Source of the DNA: an uncultured Desulfobacterales bacterium
Lineage (GTDB): Bacteria; Bacteroidota; Bacteroidia; Flavobacteriales_G; Salibacteraceae
Direction of reading: 5' to 3'
Length of the DNA stretch: 64,000 nucleotides
Assembly (NCBI GenBank): GCA_964195485.1
Contig: CAXMPG010000082.1
Coordinates: forward strand, 282-64,281
Both the position numbers and the translations under genes were made by a program. The notes under the pieces were generated by a model. That model was given only the letters and a program-made list of their open reading frames with translations, was not told the DNA's origin and ran no database searches. Positions 10,124 through 19,044 of this stretch are shown in pieces; the stretch's first letter is position 1, and each line of letters starts with the position of its first letter.

Positions 10124-11487
10124 TTTGTGAATTGCATTAACAGCAAAGCCGCAAGCGATTTTGCCTTTCTTTTTGAAGCCTTTAGAAAGTTCTTTTCGGT
10201 ATAAGACTCCACTTCATTTACAATATAGCGCACCGCATAATCATAGTATTTACGCGAATACGTTCGGGTGAAATCAATATCTCTATCCGTACTGGATTGC
10301 CAATCTAATTGAGTGATTATTTTACTCGATATTTGTTCGTATAGCCCCGTTCCCTTTATTGGATAGGCTACTGTTATGGTAAAGTTATCTGGATTAGCCT
10401 CTTTTAAATACTGGACTGTTTTGTGAATATCCTCCACCGTTTCGGTAGGATAGCCGACCATAATAAAGGTGCCTGTTTCAATTCCAAATTCCTTGGTTCT
10501 GATGATCATATCACGCACTAAATTAATATCAACGCGCCTATCCATTTCATCAATTATTCTTTGCGAGCCACTTTCCGCACCTATCCAAATTTTGGCGCAG
10601 CCCATTTCTTTGAGCTGTTGCAAAACCGTATCATTTAAACGTTCTGCACGGGTAATAATTTCAAATGGAATCTTAATTTTTCGGGTAGTAAACTCTTTAT
10701 GTAACCCGGCTAACCACTTGTGATTTACTGTGAAAACGTCATCTACAAACCAGAGTGAATCCGGATTATAGGTGGTTATTAAGCCGGCTATTTCATCGGC
10801 AACCATTGCTGGAGAACGTCTCCGGTAACTTTGTCCATAAACCGCAGTACTGCACCATTTACAGGTGTACGGACAACCACGTTGGGTAGAAACGTTCAGG
10901 GTATTTGTACCATGATGCGCTTTCCAGGCAGTAAGGTATTTACTTAAATCAATCGCTCCCCGATCTGGTTCGGGGAATTCGTCCATGTCTTTTACTTTTA
11001 GACGGGCGGGATTGGTGATAAATGCATCATCCTTTAAAAATGCAATGCCGGTAATTTCGGTAATTGATATATTTTGAGTAATATTTTTACTCAATTCTAA
11101 CATGGTTTCTTCTCCTTCGCCTATAGCGATGATATCTGCCCCAGCGCGTAAATAATTCTCTGCATTAAACGTGACATCGGGTCCGCCCAAAACAATTTTT
11201 GATTGCTTTAGTTCAGATTGCGATTTCACCCATTTCATTAATCGAATGACATTTACTTTAGTCATTAGATTAGCGTAAATCGCTATGATTTTAGGTTGGT
11301 GTTTTAAAATGCTTTCTTGTAGAGATGCATATTCAGAAAACGTAGAATCAAACACGGTAACGCGCATTCCATACTTTTTCAAGTAGGCAGAAACGTAAAG
11401 TAAACCCAAAGGCGGATAAGGGCGCATAATTTTTTGCTCCAGCTCATCTTCCTTAATGAAATACCCATGTGTTAGTAAAACGTCCAT
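10120..11487 (-). CDS. B12-binding domain radical SAM protein
   Basis: YPPLGLLY, VLGGP, GEGE, RGCPYTCKWC, FVDDVF and IGAESGS. Confidence 0.92.
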   Translation of the reverse strand: MDVLLTHGYFIKEDELEQKIMRPYPPLGLLYVSAYLKKYGMRVTVFDSTFSEYASLQESILKHQPKIIAIYANLMTKVNVIRLMKWVKSQSELKQSKIVLGGPDVTFNAENYLRAGADIIAIGEGEETMLELSKNITQNISITEITGIAFLKDDAFITNPARLKVKDMDEFPEPDRGAIDLSKYLTAWKAHHGTNTLNVSTQRGCPYTCKWCSTAVYGQSYRRRSPAMVADEIAGLITTYNPDSLWFVDDVFTVNHKWLAGLHKEFTTRKIKIPFEIITRAERLNDTVLQQLKEMGCAKIWIGAESGSQRIIDEMDRRVDINLVRDMIIRTKEFGIETGTFIMVGYPTETVEDIHKTVQYLKEANPDNFTITVAYPIKGTGLYEQISSKIITQLDWQSSTDRDIDFTRTYSRKYYDYAVRYIVNEVESYTEKNFLKASKRKAKSLAALLLMQFTK

Positions 11488-12273
11488 TTATTTTTTCTGT
11501 AAGCAAATTAAAAAATGGTCTGAAACCGAAGCCAAATTTTGGCTTTTTTCTCGCTTTTTATCCATATTTTGTAATTTTAGTAGCGTTTTTGGTCTTTTTT
11601 GAAAAAACGGATTCAAATAAGAAGGTGGCACAAAAAACCCAACAGGCTGAACACGATTCGTATTAAACCCACTAGCCATTTTTATAATATGCGTAGGAGA
11701 ATAGTAAAAAGTTTTCACATCTCGCCCATCCACATTCGCCAAAACGCCCGATTTTGAACCTCTTCTAAAAGCTTTCGAAAATTGGAATTTTGCAGAGAAA
11801 TAAAGTGTTTCCCAAACGCAAAAACTTGGCATCATAACCAAAATTAGCTTTCCGTTAGGAGTGAGTTTATTTTTTGCATTAGCGAAAAAAGCCAAAAGTT
11901 CATTTGTATCCAAGCAATTCAACCCCCCGAAATTGGAGAAAATCAAGTCATACTTTTTTTCAACTTGGTGCGCGTCCAGCTGTGTGATGTCTAAAACCGT
12001 ACAACTCACGTTTGGTAAATGAGCTGTTTTTTGCGTAGCTATTTTCACCATTTCTGGCGAAATATCAGTAGCCAATACCGTGGCGCCCATTTCTGCTAAA
12101 TTCAAAGCATCTTGTCCTGTACCACAATTAATTTCAAGGATGCTTAAATTTTTGAAATCAGAAATACATTCCGAAATCCCATTAAAAACTAATTCACGTT
12201 GAGCCATGCCAATAGGCGAAGAAGTGAAGTCATCATCGTATTCGCGTGCGATATGGTCAAAACTAGTCGCCAT
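11488..12273 (-). CDS. Class I SAM-dependent methyltransferase
   Basis: ILEINCGTGQDA, DISPEM and YDLIFSNFGGLNC. Confidence 0.88.
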   Translation of the reverse strand: MATSFDHIAREYDDDFTSSPIGMAQRELVFNGISECISDFKNLSILEINCGTGQDALNLAEMGATVLATDISPEMVKIATQKTAHLPNVSCTVLDITQLDAHQVEKKYDLIFSNFGGLNCLDTNELLAFFANAKNKLTPNGKLILVMMPSFCVWETLYFSAKFQFSKAFRRGSKSGVLANVDGRDVKTFYYSPTHIIKMASGFNTNRVQPVGFFVPPSYLNPFFQKRPKTLLKLQNMDKKREKSQNLASVSDHFLICLQKK

Positions 12274-13721
12274 TATTTGGTGTTACTGAGCGTTTTTAAC
12301 CGGGCAGATAATTGATTAATGATTGGTTTGTAATAGGCTCTTTTTAGTAATGCTTTCGCTCCCTTAGGAGATAAAAATCCGTTTTCAGAAATAGACTGTG
12401 AAGCCTGTGCGTCTCTAAATATTTTGTGCACGTACCTATGCAGTGTTTTGTAATATTCTTGATTGAACGTGTTTTGAAACATCAACGCTAAATCATCCGA
12501 ATCGGTCCAATTTGCTTTTTCGCTCAATTGGGATTGCACCAAATCGTAAAACTTGGTTCCTGGTAACGGATACGATACACTCACTCCAATGTCATCGGGC
12601 ATAAAATCCAGTAACATTTGAATAGTAGCATCAATGTCTTCTTTCGTTTCATCCAAGTAACCAAACTGTAAAAAGTAGGCTACGCGTACTCCTTTCGACT
12701 GCAACAATTCCGTAGATTCTTTAATCTGCGCAATGGTTGTTCCTTTGTCCATCGCATCCAGTACTTTTTGCGAACCACTTTCTGCGCCAATCCAAGTTTC
12801 GTATAAACCAGATGCCACTAAAGCATCGATATTATCTTCTTTTAAAAGCAAATCAGCGCGACTTTGAATCTTGTATTTTATGGTAACCTCTTTGGATTTT
12901 AATTCGGCATTAAAATCCTGAACCCACCCTGGTTTGAGTCCAAAAATATCATCGCACATCCAAAATGTAGATACGCCAAATTCGTCACGCAACATTTTCA
13001 CTTCATCCACCACTCTTTCTACAGAACGGCTATTATATCGCTGTCCGTAAATGGGTTTTGCACACCAATTACAATGAAAAGGACACCCTCTGGTAGTGGC
13101 TATATTGAGTGCGAATTTATGTCCTTTGTTCTCCCAAACTTCACGGTAAGATTCGATATCAATCAAATCCCAGGCAGGTTGTGGTAAACTATCTAAATCT
13201 TTAATTACCGTTCTTTTACCGGTGTTAATTACCTTTTCGTTTTCTTTAAAACAAAGTCCTTTTACATCTTCTAGCGCCTCGCCTGATATCCAATTATTCA
13301 ACGTTTCCAATAAAGAAACTTCGCCTTCACCTAATAAAATTACATCTGCTCCATGGGTCAAATACTTTTCGAAATGATCGGTAGAGTCAGAGCCAGAAAC
13401 AATAATCTTACATCCGTACTTTTTAGCGATTTTCATCATTGCAAAAGCCGCTTCGCGCATCGTGGTAAGGCACATTTTGGTGAGGTAGTTAAAGCCATCA
13501 TCATAGAGTACCAAATACTCCGGTTTTTGCGCTGCAATTATTTTTTCAATTTCATCCGGCCCGTCTTTTAAACAGACATCAAAAAGAGAAACGTCATACC
13601 CATTTTCGCGTAAATGAGCTGCGGCATAAATAGTACCTAAAGGCGGATAGGGCATCCCCATTTCCCACTGTTTAGCGTCTAATTTATAGTAATAACTATG
13701 ACTGAATAATACCTTAGTCAT
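12273..13721 (-). CDS. B12-binding domain radical SAM protein
   Basis: YPPLGTIY, GEGE, RGCPFHCNWC, CDDIF and IGAESGS. Confidence 0.92.
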   Translation of the reverse strand: MTKVLFSHSYYYKLDAKQWEMGMPYPPLGTIYAAAHLRENGYDVSLFDVCLKDGPDEIEKIIAAQKPEYLVLYDDGFNYLTKMCLTTMREAAFAMMKIAKKYGCKIIVSGSDSTDHFEKYLTHGADVILLGEGEVSLLETLNNWISGEALEDVKGLCFKENEKVINTGKRTVIKDLDSLPQPAWDLIDIESYREVWENKGHKFALNIATTRGCPFHCNWCAKPIYGQRYNSRSVERVVDEVKMLRDEFGVSTFWMCDDIFGLKPGWVQDFNAELKSKEVTIKYKIQSRADLLLKEDNIDALVASGLYETWIGAESGSQKVLDAMDKGTTIAQIKESTELLQSKGVRVAYFLQFGYLDETKEDIDATIQMLLDFMPDDIGVSVSYPLPGTKFYDLVQSQLSEKANWTDSDDLALMFQNTFNQEYYKTLHRYVHKIFRDAQASQSISENGFLSPKGAKALLKRAYYKPIINQLSARLKTLSNTK

Positions 13722-14656
13722 TACGCATTTTTTAAGTGTAAATTACTGGAGGTCTGTGCTAAAACCTCTAGTTTAATCATGCGTTCATCATATCCATTAA
13801 GCACTCTTTTTTGAAAGTGACTTGGGTGATGTTTTGAAACCCGCTTGGTGGTATTTAACGCAATTTTAAAATCTTCCTCGTTCATATTATGGAACTTTCT
13901 TTTCCAACGTTTTAGCGTGATATTCATGAAGAAATCATCCATTATGTCTCCCAATTTGGTATCCAAAATGGGTTCGGTTATCTTTTGAAATACACTTTTT
14001 TCTACATCTTTCGCTTCAAAACATTTATCGGTAGGTTGCGTATAATATTCTTTTACCCAAGTGTTATTTGCTAACAAATCAGCATATAATTTGGTGTTAA
14101 TCATGGGTAATAAAGTGATTAGCTCCGTAGCTGTAAATCGGTTTTTCTGTTCAATTTCAAGCGTTTCTTCATCAATCAAATAGTTGATGCAGAAGTATTT
14201 TCTAGAGTTTAATAGAAATATTTTTTTGTATAAAATGAGAAGGGTTCTGGCCACCCATAACCGGTTTGGAGTGGTCACAATAAAGTAGTCAATATCCCCA
14301 TCTTCGCCCATGGTACCTTTGGATAAGGACCCGGAAATAAACACTCCTTTTACGTACGGAAACTTTCCGATGAGGGCTGATTTTTTGTAGGCCTGATCTT
14401 CATACTCTTTTGCCCGTAAATCATCTGCTTTCCGCTGAATGGCTAATAGTACATCATCGCGTAAAGCGTAAAACTCATCCAGTTTAAAAATGATTTTTTG
14501 GTCTATTAATACCGTTAATTGCGCAGCTAATTCTTCTTTTTTTGAGAAATGAGAATACCTCAAAATCTCCTCAAAATTTAAAGGAAAATTAAACACATCG
14601 TAATAGGCGAGCGCCTGTAAAATTCGAATAGTATGTGTTTGATGCGTAATATTCAT
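13721..14656 (-). CDS. Pol-beta superfamily nucleotidyltransferase-domain protein
   Basis: hG[S]-x-DxD signature: FISGSLSKG...DGDIDYF. N-terminal YYDVFNFPL region. Confidence 0.75.
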   Translation of the reverse strand: MNITHQTHTIRILQALAYYDVFNFPLNFEEILRYSHFSKKEELAAQLTVLIDQKIIFKLDEFYALRDDVLLAIQRKADDLRAKEYEDQAYKKSALIGKFPYVKGVFISGSLSKGTMGEDGDIDYFIVTTPNRLWVARTLLILYKKIFLLNSRKYFCINYLIDEETLEIEQKNRFTATELITLLPMINTKLYADLLANNTWVKEYYTQPTDKCFEAKDVEKSVFQKITEPILDTKLGDIMDDFFMNITLKRWKRKFHNMNEEDFKIALNTTKRVSKHHPSHFQKRVLNGYDERMIKLEVLAQTSSNLHLKNA

Positions 14657-14675
14657 TCATGTTGATTAGTGCTTA

Positions 14676-14683
14676 CAAACCTA
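14676..14683 (-). promoter_or_regulatory. -7 promoter element (TAGGTTTG) for the radical SAM operon
   Basis: Exact TAnnTTTG on the minus strand, about 20 nt upstream of the ATG at 14656. Confidence 0.55.
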
Positions 14684-15088
14684 CCCAAACTAAACAGAAT
14701 TTGAAACTGACCTTTGAGTAATTAATCAATTCTTATATAAGAAAATATTTACATGGGTTTTGATGCGTTGAATCACGCTATAAAAGCTAGTTCTGTGATT
14801 CGTTATACGTACTGATGTTTAGTTGTTTATGCTCTATTAAATCCCTGTTTTCAAGAGTTTTAGGATAGCTGGATAAAGGGATGTTGGTGAGAGTTTTCAC
14901 CCTAAAAGTAATGCCTCTAATATGACCTCTAGCAGAACAATTTGATGAAACTAGTCATCATTGGGTTTTTGAGGTCAAATAGGCAATAGAAAGTAGCTTG
15001 GAAAACATTTCTTACATCAATATTAAACTTCATGTGAATCTAGAGTATATCATGATAATTTCCGGTTTTTTAAACTCTAAAATACATA

Positions 15089-15096
15089 TACATTTG
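15089..15096 (+). promoter_or_regulatory. -7 promoter element (TACATTTG)
   Basis: Exact TAnnTTTG. Implies the gene starts at ATG 15114 rather than GTG 15096. Confidence 0.55.
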
Positions 15097-15113
15097 TGAC
15101 AAATACTTTAGTT

Positions 15114-16586
15114 ATGGATTTAGAGAAATATTTCGAACCGTTTCGTAATAATATCATTGGTGACAAACAACATTTTACCACCCCTTTTGGAGAAAAGAGG
15201 ATTGTTTATGCTGATTGGACGGCAAGTGGTCGTTTGTATGGTCCAATTGAAAAAGTGTTAAGTGAAGATTTTGGACCTTTTGTTGGAAATACGCATACGG
15301 AGACATCGGTTACTGGATGTACCATGACGATTGCATTTCACAAATCTTTAGAAATAATAAAGAATCATGTAAACGCTTCAAAAGACGATTATATTATTGC
15401 GTGCGAATCAGGTATGACAGGCGTGATTAATAAGTTTCAAAGAATTTTAGGATTTAAAATTCACGAGAAATATAAAGAACAAATTACGATTGCAGAAGAA
15501 GATAGACCGGTAGTTTTTATTACCCATATGGAACACCATTCTAATCATACTTCTTGGCTAGAAACCATTGTAACTTTAGAAATAATTCATGAAACGTCAG
15601 AGGGGTTACCTGATTTGGAGAACTTAAAAGTTTTATTGGCAAAATATAAGAATAGAAAAACTAAAATTGCCAGTATTTCAGCGTGCTCAAACGTGACTGG
15701 TGTGGTTCTTCCGTATTTTGAAATATCAAAATTAATGCATCAAAACGGAGGGGTTTGTTTCGTAGACTTCGCCTGTTCTGCGCCTTATGTAGATATGGAT
15801 ATGCACCCAGAAGATGAAGAAGCCGTTTTAGACGCTATTTTCTTTTCTCCACATAAGTTTTTGGGTGGTCCTGGAACTCCAGGAATCATGATTTTTAATA
15901 AGAAATTTTATACAAATCAAGTACCAGACATTTCAGGCGGTGGAACCGTTTCTTGGACCAACCCTTGGGGTGGTCGTCATTATTTTGATGATGTAGAAGT
16001 GCGTGAGGCAGGAGGTACTCCTCCATTTATGCAAACCATTCGTGCGGCACTTTCGGTGCGGTTGAAAGACAAAATGGGTGTAGAAAACATTATCAAACGG
16101 GAAGAAGAAATTCTAGAATCTATTTTTAATCGGATTTGTGGAATTAAGAACCTTCATATTCTAGCTAAGGATATTAAGCATAGAATGGGGGTGATTTCTT
16201 TTTATATTGATGATTTACATTTCAATTTAGGGGTTAAATTGCTGAACGATCGTTATGGTATTCAAATGCGTGGAGGTTGTTCTTGCGCAGGTACTTACGG
16301 CCATATTTTGCTTGATATTCCGCAAAAATTATCCAATAAAATTACCAAGCAGATTGATAAGGGAGATTTCACCATGAAACCAGGTTGGATTAGGTTTAGT
16401 ATTCATCCTACCATGACTAATGATGAGGTAAATTACATCACTATGGCGCTAAATGAATTAGCAGAAAGTCATAAAGAATGGGCTAACGATTACATCTACG
16501 ATGCAGATAGCAATGAGTTTTCACACAAAGAGGGTGAGGTTAATATTTCTGCTAAAGTAGATCGCATTTTTGATAATATTCTGTAA
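15114..16586 (+). CDS. Aminotransferase class V PLP enzyme (cysteine desulfurase/selenocysteine lyase-like)
   Basis: YADWTASGR, EHHSN, SPHKFLGG (PLP Lys) and RGGCSCAG (Cys). Confidence 0.88.
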   Translation: MDLEKYFEPFRNNIIGDKQHFTTPFGEKRIVYADWTASGRLYGPIEKVLSEDFGPFVGNTHTETSVTGCTMTIAFHKSLEIIKNHVNASKDDYIIACESGMTGVINKFQRILGFKIHEKYKEQITIAEEDRPVVFITHMEHHSNHTSWLETIVTLEIIHETSEGLPDLENLKVLLAKYKNRKTKIASISACSNVTGVVLPYFEISKLMHQNGGVCFVDFACSAPYVDMDMHPEDEEAVLDAIFFSPHKFLGGPGTPGIMIFNKKFYTNQVPDISGGGTVSWTNPWGGRHYFDDVEVREAGGTPPFMQTIRAALSVRLKDKMGVENIIKREEEILESIFNRICGIKNLHILAKDIKHRMGVISFYIDDLHFNLGVKLLNDRYGIQMRGGCSCAGTYGHILLDIPQKLSNKITKQIDKGDFTMKPGWIRFSIHPTMTNDEVNYITMALNELAESHKEWANDYIYDADSNEFSHKEGEVNISAKVDRIFDNIL

Positions 16587-16655
16587 TAGTATTGTTATCC
16601 AGTAAGGAGGATAAAGGTTTTATTACGACCATAGTTTTTATTTATTTATACATAA

Positions 16656-17051
16656 ATGGCAGGAAAAGTAGAGAATTTAGGTGGTGTGTTTATTTATTCG
16701 GCTGATTCAAAAAAATTAGCAGAATGGTATCAAGAAAATTTAGGCCTTACGCATGAAACTTGGGGTGATAGCGGAGTGTATTACATTTCATTTCCGTATC
16801 AAGACGAGGCGGGTGCGAAAAGGTATTTTGCATGGTCAATAATGCCTTCTAAAGAAAAGCTACCTTCTAAGTCACCCAAAGTGTTTACCATTAATTTACG
16901 GGTGAGTGATATTGATGATTTAGTTTCAAATTTAGTATCAAAAGGAGTAACTGTAAAACCTGTGGAAACGCATAATGAGGGTAAGTTTGCGTGGTGCGAA
17001 GATGTAGAAGGAAATCCCATTGAACTTTGGGAAGATGTGGTAAATAAATAG
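16656..17051 (+). CDS. VOC/glyoxalase family protein
   Basis: GGVFIY...WYQENLGL, INLRVSDID and GKFAWCEDVEGNPIELWE. Confidence 0.85.
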   Translation: MAGKVENLGGVFIYSADSKKLAEWYQENLGLTHETWGDSGVYYISFPYQDEAGAKRYFAWSIMPSKEKLPSKSPKVFTINLRVSDIDDLVSNLVSKGVTVKPVETHNEGKFAWCEDVEGNPIELWEDVVNK

Positions 17052-17059
17052 TGTTACTG

Positions 17060-18223
17060 ATGCGTATACTCTCATTCATAAAGAAGCCATCTACCATTGT
17101 AATACTGTTAACAGCTGTTATTATTGGCATAATTACCGCTCAAAACATTCTACTTTCTGATTTTGGCTTTGAGACTATTATGAAGTCGTTTTATAACAAC
17201 TACCTCATTTTTAAGAATTCTCATTTTCATCTTCTTTCGAATCAAAACCTATATGGTTCATATAATGGTATTCAAATTGATTATTTCAAATATAGCCCTA
17301 CTTTCTCATTGCTTTTTGGACTGTTTGCCTACCTACCAGATTATTTAGGTCTGTTCTTATGGAACGGATTAAACGCATTGGTTTTTTATGCGATTTGGCA
17401 AGTGAAATTCCCATTTGTAAAGAATAAATTTTGGATTTGGGCTTTTGTTTTATTAGAGTTTATTACCAATATCCAGAGCTCACAGAGTAACGGGTTAATG
17501 GCTGGTTTAATGTTATTAGCATATGTTTTCTTAGAGCGTAAAAACGTAGCTCTAGCTACATTAATGGTCGTTCTTTCTATCTACTTAAAGTTATTTGGCT
17601 TAGTCACTTTTGCGTTGTTTTTACTGTACCCTGATAAATTAAAAGCCATTGGTTATACTCTTTTTTGGATGGCCTTATTATTCCTATTACCTATAGTAGT
17701 TGTTTCGCCATCAGATTTAATAGCACAATACCAAAATTGGTTAAACCTATTGATTAACGACAAATCGGTGGCTTATAGTCCTTCTGTGATGGGGTGGTTG
17801 GAATCATGGTTTAACCTTCACCCTTCTTCTGGGGTACTTACTGGAATTGGGGTGTTATTATTCTTGATTCCGTTTGTAAAGATTAAACAATATGCGAACC
17901 CTATTTTTAGACAATTAATTTTAGCGTCTATACTTATTTGGGTCGTAATTTTTAACCATAAAGCGGAGTCTCCCACATTTATAATTGCGGTAACGGGGGT
18001 TGCCATATGGTTGTTTAGCCAAAAAATGAATAGGAATCATATGGTATTGATGATTTTAACGTTGATACTCACTCAATTATCGCCAACTGATATTTTTCCG
18101 GTATCTATAAGAGAAGGTTTTTTTCTACCCTATGTAATCAAGGTTTTTCCAATAATTTTAGTGTGGCTGAAAATACTGTATGACGCTACTTTTCAGGATT
18201 GGGAAGAGAAACTGGAAGCTTAG
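17060..18223 (+). CDS. GT87/DUF2029 membrane glycosyltransferase
   Basis: YNNYLIFK, FKYSPTF, QSN, LKLFG and FNHKAESPTF in a polytopic membrane protein. Confidence 0.8.
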   Translation: MRILSFIKKPSTIVILLTAVIIGIITAQNILLSDFGFETIMKSFYNNYLIFKNSHFHLLSNQNLYGSYNGIQIDYFKYSPTFSLLFGLFAYLPDYLGLFLWNGLNALVFYAIWQVKFPFVKNKFWIWAFVLLEFITNIQSSQSNGLMAGLMLLAYVFLERKNVALATLMVVLSIYLKLFGLVTFALFLLYPDKLKAIGYTLFWMALLFLLPIVVVSPSDLIAQYQNWLNLLINDKSVAYSPSVMGWLESWFNLHPSSGVLTGIGVLLFLIPFVKIKQYANPIFRQLILASILIWVVIFNHKAESPTFIIAVTGVAIWLFSQKMNRNHMVLMILTLILTQLSPTDIFPVSIREGFFLPYVIKVFPIILVWLKILYDATFQDWEEKLEA

Positions 18224-18249
18224 GTATTTTTTGAATTCCCCCTAACCCC

Positions 18250-18640
18250 CGGTCCTCCAAAACCATCTGGTATAAATGTACTGGAAGGCCTTATTAAATC
18301 ACGAAAAATTGATTTTATAGTTCTGCCATTAAACTTTGCTAAAACCGTTACGATTACTCCACGCTTAATCACTCTATAATGGGGTTTTTATGTTCCATTC
18401 TTGTCTTATAGTACGGTCGTTTTTTCTTTTTATACGGATACTTGTTTTCTAATGTCCCTTCAATATAACTTTCATCAACTTTGATAATTCCAGATAAAAT
18501 TTGATCCGATTCATTCATTGCTAATCTTAATCTTCTTTGAATAAAGTAAGCGGTATTTCGATTAACATCTAAGTAACGAACTAACTGCAAAGAGGAAATA
18601 CCTTTTTTTGCATCACAGATTAGGTTAATGGCTAAAAGCT
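18250..18640 (-). pseudogene. IS1595-family (ISXO2-like) transposase remnant
   Basis: Minus strand reads AKKGISSLQLVRYLDVNRNTAYFIQRRLRLAM...LSGIIKVDESYI, then a stop/frameshift and a further fragment (TIKSIFRDLIRPSSTFIPDGFG). No start codon and no zinc ribbon. Confidence 0.8.
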
Positions 18641-18760
18641 ACCAAAATTCCTTGTTCGTTATTCGATGTTATTTATTAGTCACGTTCTGACAATCATTTT
18701 GGTTTTTTTAGGGTTCTCGATAATTATCGGTAGGAGGGGATTGAAAAAAAATCTTATACA

Positions 18761-18806
18761 AAAAAAAAGACTATAAAATTAAGTGAGTGAAACCAATTTC
18801 ATAGCC
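18761..18806 (-). terminator. Putative minus-strand intrinsic terminator
   Basis: On the minus strand, GGCTATGAAATT..AATTTTATAGTC (two G-U pairs) followed by a long T run. Confidence 0.5.
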
Positions 18807-18874
18807 TTTAAGGGTTAAGCGTGTGTGTATTTTAGTGAAGAACCTTGTATTTTAATCCAACCATTAATAATCCA

Positions 18875-18946
18875 ATGGCAAAAGTGTTTCGGGTTAAACA
18901 GTCAGCCGAAGAAAACAATTTCCTTACGCAGCAAATGTATGCCTAA
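18875..18946 (+). CDS. Putative 23-aa small peptide MAKVFRVKQSAEENNFLTQQMYA
   Basis: ATG..TAA ORF with a plus-strand terminator 13 nt downstream. No homology evidence. Confidence 0.3.
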   Translation: MAKVFRVKQSAEENNFLTQQMYA

Positions 18947-18959
18947 CATGCTTTGAGTC

Positions 18960-18983
18960 AACCTATCCAGAGGATAGGTTTTT
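18960..18983 (+). terminator. Plus-strand intrinsic terminator
   Basis: AACCTATCC-AGA-GGATAGGTT then TTT. Confidence 0.55.
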
Positions 18984-19044
18984 GGACATTTTTTTATAAA
19001 TTCGGACTTATTTTAATGGGTTTTGACTTAAAGCAACGGTTTTT

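Noticed and set aside
14753-14815. 20-codon ORF (MGFDALNHAIKASSVIRYTY) as a RiPP precursor for the radical SAM operon
   Set aside because: It is on the opposite strand, has no leader/core features and no supporting signals, and no RRE/peptidase/exporter is in the operon.
14840-14940. Possible SAM or cobalamin riboswitch
   Set aside because: The conserved core motifs were not found.
18875-18946. Resemblance of EENNF..YA to a tmRNA tag peptide
   Set aside because: No tRNA-like ends or ALAA terminus are present, so this is not ssrA.
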